From assembly GCA_002434005.1 (NCBI GenBank), contig DJJF01000015.1:1004-45111 (forward strand): a DNA stretch of 44,108 nucleotides, given 5' to 3'. The DNA is from Candidatus Saccharibacteria bacterium UBA6575. Lineage in GTDB: Bacteria > Patescibacteriota > Saccharimonadia > Saccharimonadales > Saccharimonadaceae. Below are positions 36,728-44,108 of this stretch, piece by piece. Numbering within the stretch: the stretch's first letter is position 1; each line of letters opens with the position of its first letter. A model generated the notes under the pieces. The model saw only the letters and a program-made list of their open reading frames with translations. It made no database searches and had not been told where the DNA came from. Position numbers and translations under genes: made by a program.

Positions 36728-37226
36728 TAACCTTGAGGTGGCTCGTGCTGGTCATGGTACCTCGCGCCGGCTTCGTGCCGTCGCATCGGTCATTTTCGAG
36801 GTTTGAGAGGGTGGTAGTCCAACTACTGCCACAGGAATCCGCTCCACCTTGGTGGTTCGGACATCAGGAAACAAAGTGGCTACACGATACGCGAGGCGCG
36901 GAAGATTTAGGTACGGCCACTACCTAAAAAAGATGATCTCATCTTTCGTCCCTCGACCGCGTGCAGACGGCCCATTCTGCACAAGCTCCTCCCATGCCCC
37001 CGGGAGGAAAGTCCTCGGTTCCGCCGCTCTAAGCGCGCGGCCCCCACCGCGAACGACCGCCGCGCGCGCGTCCATCGCCAGCGGCGGAACCGGGGCACTA
37101 AGCACCGATCTCTCCAGGGGATCGGGAAGATGGGACATCAGGGTGTCCCACTATCAGGCCCTGGCGTGGTCGACTAGCTCAGTTCACACTGACACAGTCG
37201 TCTACGCCAGGGCAATTTTTCTTTTT
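36728..37226 (+). ncRNA. Unassigned ~500-nt highly structured non-coding RNA
   Basis: Own promoter and terminator; GC-rich; at least 11 helices read directly from the sequence (see finding); no credible ORF. Confidence 0.75.
37158..37226 (+). terminator. Long-stem terminator
   Basis: GCCCTGGCGTGG/CTACGCCAGGGC, CGACT/AGTCG and TCAGT/ACTGA stems, then AATTTTTCTTTT. Confidence 0.85.
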
Positions 37227-37233
37227 AGGTGCT

Positions 37234-37698
37234 TTATCGGATACTTGGCCGGCCACGCCGGTTTCGCGTTATTTCCACAAGGCCATGGCCGGCAGCATAT
37301 TGCAGGGCAGCCAGCTCATCAAATCGCTTTAAAACATGATGTGTTGTGGCTGCTATGTCATCAGCGCTCGGTGTGCGCACTTGACTGATCAGTAACTGTT
37401 CTACTGTTTCGGCAAGTGAAAGGGAGTGTAGTTGCCGAGCTACTGCGTCATGGGAAAAGCTAGCGGCAATACTAAGAGTTAGCTTACTGAGCGAGAATGG
37501 GGCACTCGATTCTGGGCTCTTGCGCGGCCCATAATGAATGGATATCGAGTCATCTAACGCTGGTTTTTCGTACGTCGTAAAAGTTTTACCACAGCTTGGG
37601 TTCAAGCATTGTCTCCGCCGCCAGGTTCCGGCACTTTTTTTATGGGGCCGACTATTAGCAACCTTCGTTTTCGCGTGGAAACAATTAACACAAATCAT
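37234..37698 (-). CDS. nrdR: Transcriptional repressor NrdR-like
   Basis: CxxC...TKVANSR...WRRRQC...CGKTFTTYE zinc ribbon and a degenerate ATP cone. Confidence 0.85.
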   Translation of the reverse strand: MICVNCFHAKTKVANSRPHKKSAGTWRRRQCLNPSCGKTFTTYEKPALDDSISIHYGPRKSPESSAPFSLSKLTLSIAASFSHDAVARQLHSLSLAETVEQLLISQVRTPSADDIAATTHHVLKRFDELAALQYAAGHGLVEITRNRRGRPSIR

Positions 37699-37765
37699 GT
37701 CTATATATTGACATACAGCTATTGAAATAGCTAGTGGAAAACGTAAGTGGAATAGTGGGAAAACT

Positions 37766-37799
37766 AAAAAAGAAGATCGCCGCTAGCTAAGCGGCGATC
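37766..37799 (-). terminator. Terminator of the 41-aa ORF
   Basis: GATCGCCGCT/AGCGGCGATC 10-bp stem with an A-run on the + strand (U tract on minus). Confidence 0.8.
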
Positions 37800-37834
37800 G
37801 GATAGATGTCGATGTGACAGGGAAGAAGTATATC

Positions 37835-37960
37835 TTACTTCTTTGAAGCGACGTATTCTTTACGAGCTTCGGCCCAGGTCTTGTTCAGCTCGAACCCTAG
37901 GTTGAACTGGTCAAGTTTTGATGGTTTTTGGTTTTGGGGGGTGAGTTGCTTTGTACTCAT
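37835..37960 (-). CDS. 41-aa small protein (not in the ORF track)
   Basis: MSTKQLTPQNQKPSKLDQFNLGFELNKTWAEARKEYVASKK; TTGACA-17-TAATAT (37995-37967) ends 6 nt before the ATG; own terminator. Confidence 0.75.
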   Translation of the reverse strand: MSTKQLTPQNQKPSKLDQFNLGFELNKTWAEARKEYVASKK

Positions 37961-38093
37961 ATTCTCATATTAGCATAAGCAATAAAAAATGTCAATAGAA
38001 CATAGAGCATACGTATATATCACGAAGGGTATATGAAAAGGGTAAATCAATCGTTTTGGGTAGTGGAAAAGTGGCGGGGAAATGTGGAGTAAT

Positions 38094-38123
38094 AAAATTG
38101 TCGACCTAGTGGTCGACAATTTT
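38094..38123 (-). terminator. Terminator of tRNA-Val
   Basis: Perfect inverted repeat AAAATTGTCGACC-TAGT-GGTCGACAATTTT. Confidence 0.85.
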
Positions 38124-38126
38124 GCT

Positions 38127-38203
38127 TGGTGGGCGATAGAGGATTCGAACCTCTCACCTCCTCAACGTCAATGAGGCGCTCTAGCCAAATGAGCTAATCA
38201 CCC
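38127..38203 (-). tRNA. tRNA-Val(GAC)
   Basis: GGGTGAT...CCTCA-TTGACGT-TGAGG...AGAGG-TTCGAAT-CCTCT-ATCGCCC-A-CCA. Confidence 0.95.
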
Positions 38204-38282
38204 AAGATGTAAGACTCATACGATTTTAACAAACAGGGGCGGGGGTTGCAATAATCAGGGGTAGGAGAATAGAATATAACTT

Positions 38283-38437
38283 GAATGATGACGCGGCGTA
38301 ACGACCCGCAGAGTTCCGTAGGAGCGATCGCAGACGAACGATATCGAACGCGGTAATAGAAATAGCCAAGGTGGAACCTCCGGAGACGGACCGAGGCACG
38401 TGGATCAGATATTCTGATTATGCACGTGTCTATTTTT
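38283..38437 (+). promoter_or_regulatory. T-box riboswitch (Thr), ultra-short stem I, terminator type
   Basis: Promoter TTGCAA-18-TAGAAT (38246-38275); GA-motif stem I with loop CGTAACGAC; T-box GG-TGGAACC (38372-38378) followed by TCCG-GAGA-CGGA-CC; overlapping terminator 38394-38431 plus a T tract; upstream of thrS. Confidence 0.72.
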
Positions 38438-38457
38438 ATAATCAAAAGGAGAGTTCC

Positions 38458-38808
38458 GTGAAATACCGTACCGTAACTGTAGTCGCAATTCTGGTAGCCG
38501 TTGTTGCCGCGGTTGGGCTAAACTTGATCAGCTATAGGGTGACCGACGGAAGTAGTGGAATAACGGTATTCGATGGGCAAGAGCAGGTTAAACCTGTGCC
38601 CGAATATTGTATTGCGGCCGGCGACAGCATTGGCCAAGGGCTGCGCGGTATGCCATTTACGAATCTTATAGATAAAGACGACTGCAAAGGAAACGATGTA
38701 TCGTACCCGGTCTCATATCTGCTGAACGCGCTGGTGGCGTTCGTGGGAGTAGGAGTTTTAGCGGCGGCGTATATGGCAATTACACGAACAAAGGGGAATC
38801 GAGTATGA
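38458..38808 (+). CDS. Two-TM hypothetical protein with a Cys pair in the external loop
   Basis: AAGGAG SD before GTG 38458; the stop overlaps the thrS ATG. Confidence 0.7.
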   Translation: MKYRTVTVVAILVAVVAAVGLNLISYRVTDGSSGITVFDGQEQVKPVPEYCIAAGDSIGQGLRGMPFTNLIDKDDCKGNDVSYPVSYLLNALVAFVGVGVLAAAYMAITRTKGNRV

Positions 38809-40616
38809 ACGACGAACAAGTATATGCCATGCGCCATAGCTTGGCACATATCACCGCCACTGGGGTAAAGAAACTATGGCCGCACGCCAAATTCGGTGTT
38901 GGCCCAGTGGTTGAAAACGGATTTTATTACGATATCGACTTAGGCGACGTGAAAATATCCGAATCTGATTTTAAGAAGATTGAAAAAGAAATGCGCACCG
39001 TAATCAATCGCGATGAGCTATTCGAACACTCCACTATGCCGATTGATCAGGCGATCGCATGGGCCAACGACAATGACCAGCCATACAAATCGGAGCTACT
39101 CAACGATTTGAAGCGGAGTGGGACTACGGTCGCTAGCGATCTAGACGCCAGTGAAATGGGAACGATCGCCGAAGGAGATGCAGCCTTAGACCATGTTGGA
39201 TTCTACACAAATGGCGACTTTACCGACTTGTGTCGCGGGCCACATGTCGAGAGCACTGGCAAAGTAGGCGCATTCAAATTGATGCGCGTAGCCGGAGCCT
39301 ACTGGCGCGGAAACGAGAAGAATCCACAGATGCAGCGACTCTACGGCGTGGCGTTCGCGACTCAAGAAGAGCTCGATGCTCACCTTGAAATGCTCGAGCA
39401 GGCGAAGGCACGTGATCACCGTAAGCTAGGTAAGGATCTTGATCTCTATACCACCAGCAACCTGGTGGGTGCAGGACTGCCGCTGTTTACTCCACGCGGA
39501 ACAGTACTTCGTGATGTTGTCGCGGGGCTTTCTAACCAGCTCCGCCAGCAAAAGGGATTCACTAAAGTGTGGACTCCACATATCACTAAACAGGATCTAT
39601 ATGAAGCGTCTGGCCACTGGGCAAAGTTTGGTGATGAGCTATTCCTCGTAACCAGCCAGGAAACTAGCGACAAAATGGCACTAAAACCGATGAACTGCCC
39701 ACACCATACGCAAATTTTTGCATCACAACCACGTAGTTACCGAGATATGCCTGTGCGGTATCTCGAAACCACTACGGATTACCGTGATGAGAAGACGGGT
39801 GAACTAGGTGGACTTAATCGCGTGCGTTCGCTCACGCAAGACGACAGCCATGTGTTTGCGCGGCCAGACCAGATCGAGCAAGAAATCGACGGCTTATTGG
39901 CAAGCGCACGTGAACTCTATGAAACGATTGGGATGAAACTCCGTGTACGCCTGAGCTACCGTGATGATTCAGACGCGTATCTTGGCGAGCGAGAACTGTG
40001 GGACTCAGCCCAGGCACAGCTCAAGACCGCTGTTGAAAAGAACCAGCTGGAGGACTTTGAGCAAGATGGCGAAGCCGCGTTCTACGGCCCTAAGATCGAC
40101 TTTATGGCAACCGATGCGATCGGGCGTGAGCACCAAGTGGCAACCGTGCAACTCGATTTTGTGCAGCCTGAACGATTTAAGCTACAATACACCGATCAGG
40201 ACGGAAACTTCCAGACTCCGGTTATGATTCACTGCGCGCTGCTCGGGAGCATTGAGCGTTTCCTAAGCGTGTTTATTGAACATACCGGGGGTTGGTTCCC
40301 CTTATGGGCTGCTCCTGAGCAAATCCGGATTCTAACAATCAACGATACTGTGCTCGACTATGTTGAAGAGATCGAAGCAATGCTTGCGGACACAGTCTTG
40401 ATGCAACCAGTGAAATATAACGAGCTACGTTTTGCACGCGATGATCGTAACGAATCTCTCGGTAAGAAGATTCGTGAAGCCACTGGCATGAAGATTCCCG
40501 TGCAGCTGATTGTTGGGCCAAAGGACAAGGAATCTCGTGAAGTGAGTGTGCGCACCCAAGGTGGAGAAGAGAAGATTGCGCTCAACAACCTTACAGACTA
40601 CTTACGGAGCCTATAA
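38805..40616 (+). CDS. thrS: Threonine--tRNA ligase
   Basis: RHSLAH, DLCRGPH, RDHRKLG, KPMNCP, GEAAFYGPKID, H...GSIERF, and an anticodon-binding domain. Confidence 0.98.
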   Translation: MNDEQVYAMRHSLAHITATGVKKLWPHAKFGVGPVVENGFYYDIDLGDVKISESDFKKIEKEMRTVINRDELFEHSTMPIDQAIAWANDNDQPYKSELLNDLKRSGTTVASDLDASEMGTIAEGDAALDHVGFYTNGDFTDLCRGPHVESTGKVGAFKLMRVAGAYWRGNEKNPQMQRLYGVAFATQEELDAHLEMLEQAKARDHRKLGKDLDLYTTSNLVGAGLPLFTPRGTVLRDVVAGLSNQLRQQKGFTKVWTPHITKQDLYEASGHWAKFGDELFLVTSQETSDKMALKPMNCPHHTQIFASQPRSYRDMPVRYLETTTDYRDEKTGELGGLNRVRSLTQDDSHVFARPDQIEQEIDGLLASARELYETIGMKLRVRLSYRDDSDAYLGERELWDSAQAQLKTAVEKNQLEDFEQDGEAAFYGPKIDFMATDAIGREHQVATVQLDFVQPERFKLQYTDQDGNFQTPVMIHCALLGSIERFLSVFIEHTGGWFPLWAAPEQIRILTINDTVLDYVEEIEAMLADTVLMQPVKYNELRFARDDRNESLGKKIREATGMKIPVQLIVGPKDKESREVSVRTQGGEEKIALNNLTDYLRSL

Positions 40617-41234
40617 ATGAGAAAACTAATCATCGCGATTGATTGTGATGATGTGTTGATTGACTCTTCAGCTCGAATCGTTGAAAGGTACAACGCCAAG
40701 TACGGCACATCGATCGATGCGAGCCATATGTATAGGGAGGATCTCGACTGGGGCGCTGGCAGCCATGAAGCTGCGATCGAGCGGATGAACACGCTCCTGG
40801 AAGAAGATCGGATTCTGGATAGTCTTATTCCGAGTGAAGAAACAATTAGCGCCGTGCGAGCACTGGCATCCCAACATGAACTCCATCTTGTAACAGGAAG
40901 GCAAACCTATCTGGAACCTTCCACGCGGGCTCTTCTTGATACATATTTCAGCGGCTGCTTCACATCGATCGAACATACAAACTATATTGCCAGTGCAGCA
41001 AGCCTGGAACCTCGCAGATCAAAAGGCGAAGTGTGCGCGCAGCTACGGGCCGATATTCTGATAGATGACCATGTGTCACACGGCAAGAGTGTTCTTAGTC
41101 ATGGAGTGCGTGAAGTGCTCTTGTTCGGTGATTACGCGTGGAATAAAACAGATGATGACATTCCCGGTATTACACGTTGTCACAATTGGCAGGAAGTGCT
41201 GCAGAATGTAGAGACAATAGGTAGTGAAATCTGA
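40617..41234 (+). CDS. HAD-superfamily 5'(3')-deoxyribonucleotidase-like (NT5C) protein
   Basis: IAIDCDDVL, VTGR, SKG, LIDD, YAWN. Confidence 0.85.
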   Translation: MRKLIIAIDCDDVLIDSSARIVERYNAKYGTSIDASHMYREDLDWGAGSHEAAIERMNTLLEEDRILDSLIPSEETISAVRALASQHELHLVTGRQTYLEPSTRALLDTYFSGCFTSIEHTNYIASAASLEPRRSKGEVCAQLRADILIDDHVSHGKSVLSHGVREVLLFGDYAWNKTDDDIPGITRCHNWQEVLQNVETIGSEI

Positions 41235-41541
41235 TACTGCATTTCGTCATCGTATTGAGCAACTCATGGCGCAAGTGCCACACGGGCAAGTTACGACATA
41301 TGGTGATTTAGCTGGGCTTGCTGGGCAAGCGAATGCCAGCCGCATTGTTGGCGGTATAGCACATTACGGAAATCCTGATTTGCCGTGGCACAGATTGGTT
41401 AACCGGTTTGGTGGCTTAGCTGCAGGCTTTCATGGCGGGCGCGAAGCGCAGGCGCAGCTACTCGAACAAGAAGGAATACATTGTACGAATCACATTGTCG
41501 AGGGATTTCAGGAAATTAGATGGCGTCCGATCGACTCATAG
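41224..41541 (+). CDS. Alkyltransferase-like protein (MGMT family, Atl/YbaZ type)
   Basis: VPHGQVTTYGDLA, RIVG, PWHR (Trp in place of the catalytic Cys), Q..LLEQEG. Confidence 0.88.
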   Translation: MKSDTAFRHRIEQLMAQVPHGQVTTYGDLAGLAGQANASRIVGGIAHYGNPDLPWHRLVNRFGGLAAGFHGGREAQAQLLEQEGIHCTNHIVEGFQEIRWRPIDS

Positions 41542-42386
41542 CTATTGTTGGTCCTACAGCGAGTGGTAAAACGGCTCTCGCAATTCGTATTGCTGAGCAG
41601 CTTAATGGTGAAATTATTTGTGCGGACTCACGCACTATCTACAAAGGTATGGATATCGGCACAGCTAAGCCGACAACTGAAGAACAATCCAAAGTGCCAC
41701 ACTGGGGGTTAGATTTAGCGGAGCCTGGACAGCCATTTACTGCGGCTGATTTTAAAAAGTACGCTGATGCAAAAATTGCAGATATTCAGGCGCGAGGTAA
41801 ACTGCCGCTTTTAGTAGGTGGCACCGGATTATATGTAGACAGTCTGTTGTATGATTTCACGTTTGGCGAAAAAGCTGATAATTCGGTGCGAGATCGACTT
41901 GAGACAATGAGCATAGAAGAACTTACAAAATATTGCATCACTAACAACGTTACATTACCTGAAAATAAGAAAAATAAGCGTTACTTAGTGCGCGCGATCG
42001 AGCGAAAAAGCATGAGCAACATCGGTAAATCTGTACTGAGGACGCAATACCATATTGTAGGAATAGCTACGAATATACACACATTGCGAACACGAATTGT
42101 ACAGCGTACCGAACAATTGTTTGCAAATGGAGTTGAGCAAGAGGCTACTTTGTTGGGCAAAAAATATGGTTGGAATTCCGAAGCAATGACCGGAAATATC
42201 TATCCACTACTAAAAAAACATTTTGATAATGAGTTATCAATCGACGATGTAAAAGAGAAATTCGTAACCGCAGATTACAAATTAGCAAAACGGCAAATGA
42301 CCTGGTTCAGGCGAAATCCCGATATCATGTGGGCAACATTACAAGATGCTGAGAGCTACATAAAAAGCTTGCTCGCGACTGAATAA
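41520..42386 (+). CDS. miaA: tRNA dimethylallyltransferase
   Basis: GPTASGKT, DSRTIYKGMDIGTAKP, VGGTGLY, AKRQMTWFR. Confidence 0.96.
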   Translation: MASDRLIAIVGPTASGKTALAIRIAEQLNGEIICADSRTIYKGMDIGTAKPTTEEQSKVPHWGLDLAEPGQPFTAADFKKYADAKIADIQARGKLPLLVGGTGLYVDSLLYDFTFGEKADNSVRDRLETMSIEELTKYCITNNVTLPENKKNKRYLVRAIERKSMSNIGKSVLRTQYHIVGIATNIHTLRTRIVQRTEQLFANGVEQEATLLGKKYGWNSEAMTGNIYPLLKKHFDNELSIDDVKEKFVTADYKLAKRQMTWFRRNPDIMWATLQDAESYIKSLLATE

Positions 42387-42431
42387 CTTCTGTGCTACTA
42401 TTAACCCTAGAAAGTTATTCGGTAGAAGATA

Positions 42432-43037
42432 ATGATTGACGCACTATTCGGTTCAAAGACTCGCATTAAGCTACTGCACTTGTTCCTGAACAATCCAGGT
42501 AAGTCTTTTTATGTGCGTGAGATTACTCGTTTGATCGATGAGCAGATAAATTCCGTACGCCGTGAGCTCGCCAACATGATGAACGTAGGTATCATCAAAA
42601 GCGATACGGCAGACAATAAGCTGTACTACGAAGTTGATCAGCGATACGAACACTACGTGCCATTACGGGCAATTTTTGGCGACGATAAAGATACGGCGAC
42701 CAGCGCGGTGAAGGCACCTAAGCAATCAACACTTGATTGGCAAGCGCGTTTGGACGAGCTGGGCGGTATCAAGCTTGCTGTCATGGCAGGGGTGTTTGTT
42801 GCTGGGAGCGCGAGCAAGGTAGACTTGCTTCTGGTTGGTAATCCGGCTCCTGCGCGCGTAAAGGCTTTCATTAAGACACTCGAAAAGAAAGAAGGTCGTG
42901 AGCTCAACTATAGCGTGCTCTCGTACGATGAATTCTACTACCGTATCTCGATTCGTGATAAATTTATTACAGAGCTCATGAGCAGCAAGCACGTTGTGCT
43001 GCGTGACGACGAGCAAATACTCGCTAAATCCAAGTAG
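42432..43037 (+). CDS. Winged-HTH transcriptional regulator with a nucleotidyltransferase-like C-terminal domain
   Basis: LFGSKTRIKLL..F...YVREITR...NSVRREL; C-terminal GVF...VDLLLVG. Confidence 0.78.
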   Translation: MIDALFGSKTRIKLLHLFLNNPGKSFYVREITRLIDEQINSVRRELANMMNVGIIKSDTADNKLYYEVDQRYEHYVPLRAIFGDDKDTATSAVKAPKQSTLDWQARLDELGGIKLAVMAGVFVAGSASKVDLLLVGNPAPARVKAFIKTLEKKEGRELNYSVLSYDEFYYRISIRDKFITELMSSKHVVLRDDEQILAKSK

Positions 43038-43044
43038 GAGAACT

Positions 43045-43674
43045 ATGTTCGATATTGAATACAAGGGTGGCAACACCGTTGTCATTGCAACTAAGAAATC
43101 AAAGCTGATTACTGACCCAAAGTTGTCGGTGGTTGGGCTCACAGATATAGAACCAAAAGGTATGGTAGCACTTGCTACTGAACCGCGTTTTGAAGTGCGC
43201 TCCGAAACAGCATTACTCCATATCGAAAGCCCAGGTGAATACGAAGTAAGCGATTTTTCGGTCAAAGGGATTCCAGCGCAGAGACACCTAGACTCTGAGG
43301 GATTTGGATGCACAATTTACCGCGTGGAAGTTGGCGATGTTCGCATGGCTATTATCGGCAATATTGACCCAAAGCTTAGCGATGAGCAGCTTGAAGCAAT
43401 CGGCGTAGTAGATGTAGTTATTATTCCAATTGGCGGTGGTGGTTACACCCTCGATGCTACAGCGGCTGCGCATCTTGTTCGACAAATTGATGCCAAGGTT
43501 ATTATTCCGGTTCACTATGCAGACAGTGGCTTGAAATACGAGGTACCACAAGAAGACTTTGAAGTGTTCCATAAGGAACTCGGTGGGGAAGTTGAGACAG
43601 TAGATAAGCTGAAGGTGAAGGCTGCTAGCTCATTGCCGCATGTGTTGACGCTATATAAGCTGACTCGTAGCTAA
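43045..43674 (+). CDS. MBL-fold (Lactamase_B_3-like) protein
   Basis: AGGAG SD before ATG 43045; LITDP, SPGEYEV, VDVVIIPIGG, IIPVHY; HxHxDH absent. Confidence 0.8.
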   Translation: MFDIEYKGGNTVVIATKKSKLITDPKLSVVGLTDIEPKGMVALATEPRFEVRSETALLHIESPGEYEVSDFSVKGIPAQRHLDSEGFGCTIYRVEVGDVRMAIIGNIDPKLSDEQLEAIGVVDVVIIPIGGGGYTLDATAAAHLVRQIDAKVIIPVHYADSGLKYEVPQEDFEVFHKELGGEVETVDKLKVKAASSLPHVLTLYKLTRS

Positions 43675-43865
43675 CCTTTTGTCTCTCTTCTTTTGACTTG
43701 AATCAAAAGAAGCAAAAGCTCAAGTCCTAGTATTTGATTCTTGGGCGAGCATTGTGGATACCTACAATCGCCGAAAGGACTCGTTTCGCTCAAACATCTT
43801 CCGTCGTTTAATTATCGGATTCACGAACATTCTCGCTGAGAACGTTGAATGGTCACTAGATTCAT

Positions 43866-43896
43866 TAAAAAATCTCCGGTTATCGGAGATTTTTTA
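43866..43896 (-). terminator. Terminator of rpmB
   Basis: TAAAAAATCTCCGG-TTA-TCGGAGATTTTTTA. Confidence 0.85.
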
Positions 43897-43911
43897 CAGG
43901 TGCCTTGTTTG

Positions 43912-44108
43912 TTACTTGGCTGGTTCGGTAACGACCGGGTTCAGCAGGCCTTTTTTCTTCAGCGTGCGGATTGCCTGAGTCGAAAGGACCATAGTGACCT
44001 TTTGACCGTCTACCATGAACGTTTTTTTCTGCAAGTTAGGCTTGAAGACGCGTTTGGTGCGCCGCAAAGAGAAGCTCACGTTGTGGCCGAATTGTTTACC
44101 TTTACCGG
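43912..44108 (-). CDS. rpmB: 50S ribosomal protein L28 (5' end outside window)
   Basis: Manual translation: GKGKQFGHNVSFSLRRTKRVFKPNLQKKTFMVDGQKVTMVLSTQAIRTLKKKGLLNPVVTEPAK*. Confidence 0.95.
   Translation of the reverse strand, partial: GKGKQFGHNVSFSLRRTKRVFKPNLQKKTFMVDGQKVTMVLSTQAIRTLKKKGLLNPVVTEPAK

Noticed and set aside
37002..37020. RNase P RNA call from GGGAGGAAAGTCC
   Set aside because: The motif lies ~275 nt into the transcript and is tied up in local hairpins, and no CR-V (ACAGAA..CGGCUUA) is visible near the 3' end. A highly divergent form can only be excluded by a covariance search.
36849..37388. 179-aa ORF (and 36733-36927, 36907-37098, 36920-37138) over the structured region
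   Set aside because: No SD and low-complexity Ala/Arg/Ser composition. The long ORF runs through a strong terminator and 155 nt into antisense nrdR; open frames are expected in GC-rich DNA.
43760..43810. Hammerhead ribozyme suggested by CGAAAC on the minus strand
   Set aside because: No CUGANGA core at a suitable position.

Overview
This is a chromosomal window from a small-genome Patescibacteria (CPR) bacterium, most likely Candidatus Saccharibacteria (TM7). The assignment is inferred from the complete pilM-N-O-P-B-T-C-A-D plus minor-pilin cluster, CPR-typical genes and frequent near-leaderless promoters. The left ~13 kb is an accessory region around ychF. It holds GC-rich, actinobacterial-looking secreted-protein cassettes (including a class F sortase and its likely substrate), GH16, Asp-box and SGNH surface proteins, and a compact retron/DRT-like reverse transcriptase locus. 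That locus has a ~350-nt structured leader with an exact 16-nt direct repeat and a 52-aa ORF. The middle is the type IV pilus cluster. The right part is housekeeping: xer recombinase, uppP, ndk, sod, GT2, nrdR, thrS, miaA, rpmB and four tRNAs. The strongest unexplained signals are: (1) a ~500-nt, densely base-paired, GC-rich non-coding transcription unit at 36728-37226 with its own promoter and terminator; (2) the RT/ncRNA/small-ORF locus at 10221-11611, which has no recognisable effector; (3) a T-box-like leader with an ultra-short stem I upstream of thrS whose specifier and bulge match the tRNA-Thr(CGT) in this window; (4) host-like GC-rich cassettes driven by AT-rich promoters; (5) a decayed duplicate of the ychF 5' end that may mark an island boundary. 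All calls come from reading the sequence by eye; no database search or folding program was run.
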